Assembly: GCA_002633005.1 (NCBI GenBank)
Contig: NMRA01000451.1
Location: 104,892 to 168,891, forward strand
From: Phoronis australis
Taxonomy: Eukaryota; Animalia; Phoronida
Direction: 5' to 3'
Length of the DNA: 64,000 nt
In this document: positions 62,801-64,000 of the stretch, piece by piece
Numbering within the stretch: the stretch's first letter is position 1
Layout: each line of letters opens with the position of its first letter
The notes under the pieces: model-generated
The model's database searches: none
Told to the model about the DNA's origin: nothing
The model's input: only the letters and a program-made list of their open reading frames with translations
Translations under genes and position numbers: made by a program

Positions 62801-64000
62801 TCCCATTTATGATATATTATCATGTGACAATGATATGACCACTCTCAGGTCCAGCAATTTGAGAACCAGATTTCTCCACTAAATAACAGGCATCACAACT
62901 CTAACGTATGGTTTCGTTTGGTCTAAATTTTCTCTCAACTAGCTTCGGTCTACCAACACTACCCAACTTTGCTAGCATTTAACCTGAGGTTGTCATCGTT
63001 CACCCACTGGTTTGTGTTCAAGTGGACTAGCTAGCTGACTAGTAGAGTATACAGTAGGATCCCTATGATAAACGATGTTTTTCTTAATAATATGGCAATG
63101 AAAATCCACGAATAACTTTGCAATTAAATTCTGAAAATTGCCAGCAGGTAGAAATCCAATCCACGACCATTGAGTGACAAGCAGGGTATATCAAATCCCA
63201 GTAAGATTACACTCAATTTTAGTAACAACATTGATAGACCTAGGCTACACTACAGATTTTATTCGACTCGAACAAAAGAATTGCTATCAAATTGAGTACG
63301 TAATTTCCCCCGTGTAATGGTTTCATCTAATTCTAAGCGTAATAGTCAGACTGTTAAGCTCATCAAAATGTTCAAGAAACGAATAAGTTACCTAGCTAAG
63401 GCGAACTTCTCTTCTTCGAAGCATTAACGGAAACAGCTGACTATTTGTCTCCAGTTTCCAAACGATAAACAGCATAGCATTATGGGTAACATTGCTTTGG
63501 TTTGTTTTCATCGCGCGGAAAATACAAAACAAAAGAAAAAGTGTCTGCAGGCAGATGATCGACCTCATACTTATGAAAAGTTCTAATTAAGTACTAGTCC
63601 ACGAGAGCACCAACCATGAGCGGCAAGGTGGGGGTCAGCCGATTTTCACCAAATTTGGCACATATGTAGTCCTATGGTATCTATAAACAGCGGTAAAATG
63701 TTTCCTCAAAATATTGCGTTTTTCTAAAGTTATAGGTTCAAACACATTTTACGGTTTCGCAGCCATGTTTTCACGGTATAAAAACTGTCCAGATTTAACT
63801 GTTCATATTTTTCCTTGAATGAAAGCTATTGATTTATTATTCACTTGGCATTGTTTAGTGGTGCCTGTAGATTGTTACACAGATGTCTTGAAACACGATT
63901 CCGATTTACCACCCTCATTTAGTAGTTTTACTACACTGCCCCCCGTTATGCCATTTTGAGGTTGTGTTCAGTACACTGCTGTACCAAATCTGCCCCCACT

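Overview
AT-rich, intron-containing eukaryotic DNA, probably a marine invertebrate draft assembly. It has one 794-N gap and four single-'n' junctions flanked by near-identical direct duplications. There is one long intact ORF, an intronless minus-strand LRR-Ig cell-surface protein (2856-5693). Most of the rest is decayed transposons: a Crypton-type tyrosine recombinase, two head-to-tail HERO-like RLE retrotransposons with a nested solo LTR, an ISL2EU/Harbinger-type transposase plus YqaJ exonuclease, an Academ element, L1/Tx1 fragments, an integrase-deleted BEL/Pao element, several Helentron-type (HINE/DINE-like) non-autonomous elements and MITEs. The most notable signal is largely missed by the ORF track: a minus-strand gene spread over about 26 kb (47840 down to 21894), built from symmetric phase-1 microexons of 12, 15, 48, 15, 54 and 4x21 nt with AG/GT borders. 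These splice in frame into a terminal exon encoding a transmembrane helix, predicting a single-pass membrane protein with a modular Thr-rich and Gly-Ser-Gly stalk. Its 5' part was not found in the window. Family assignments rest on recalled motifs, not database searches.
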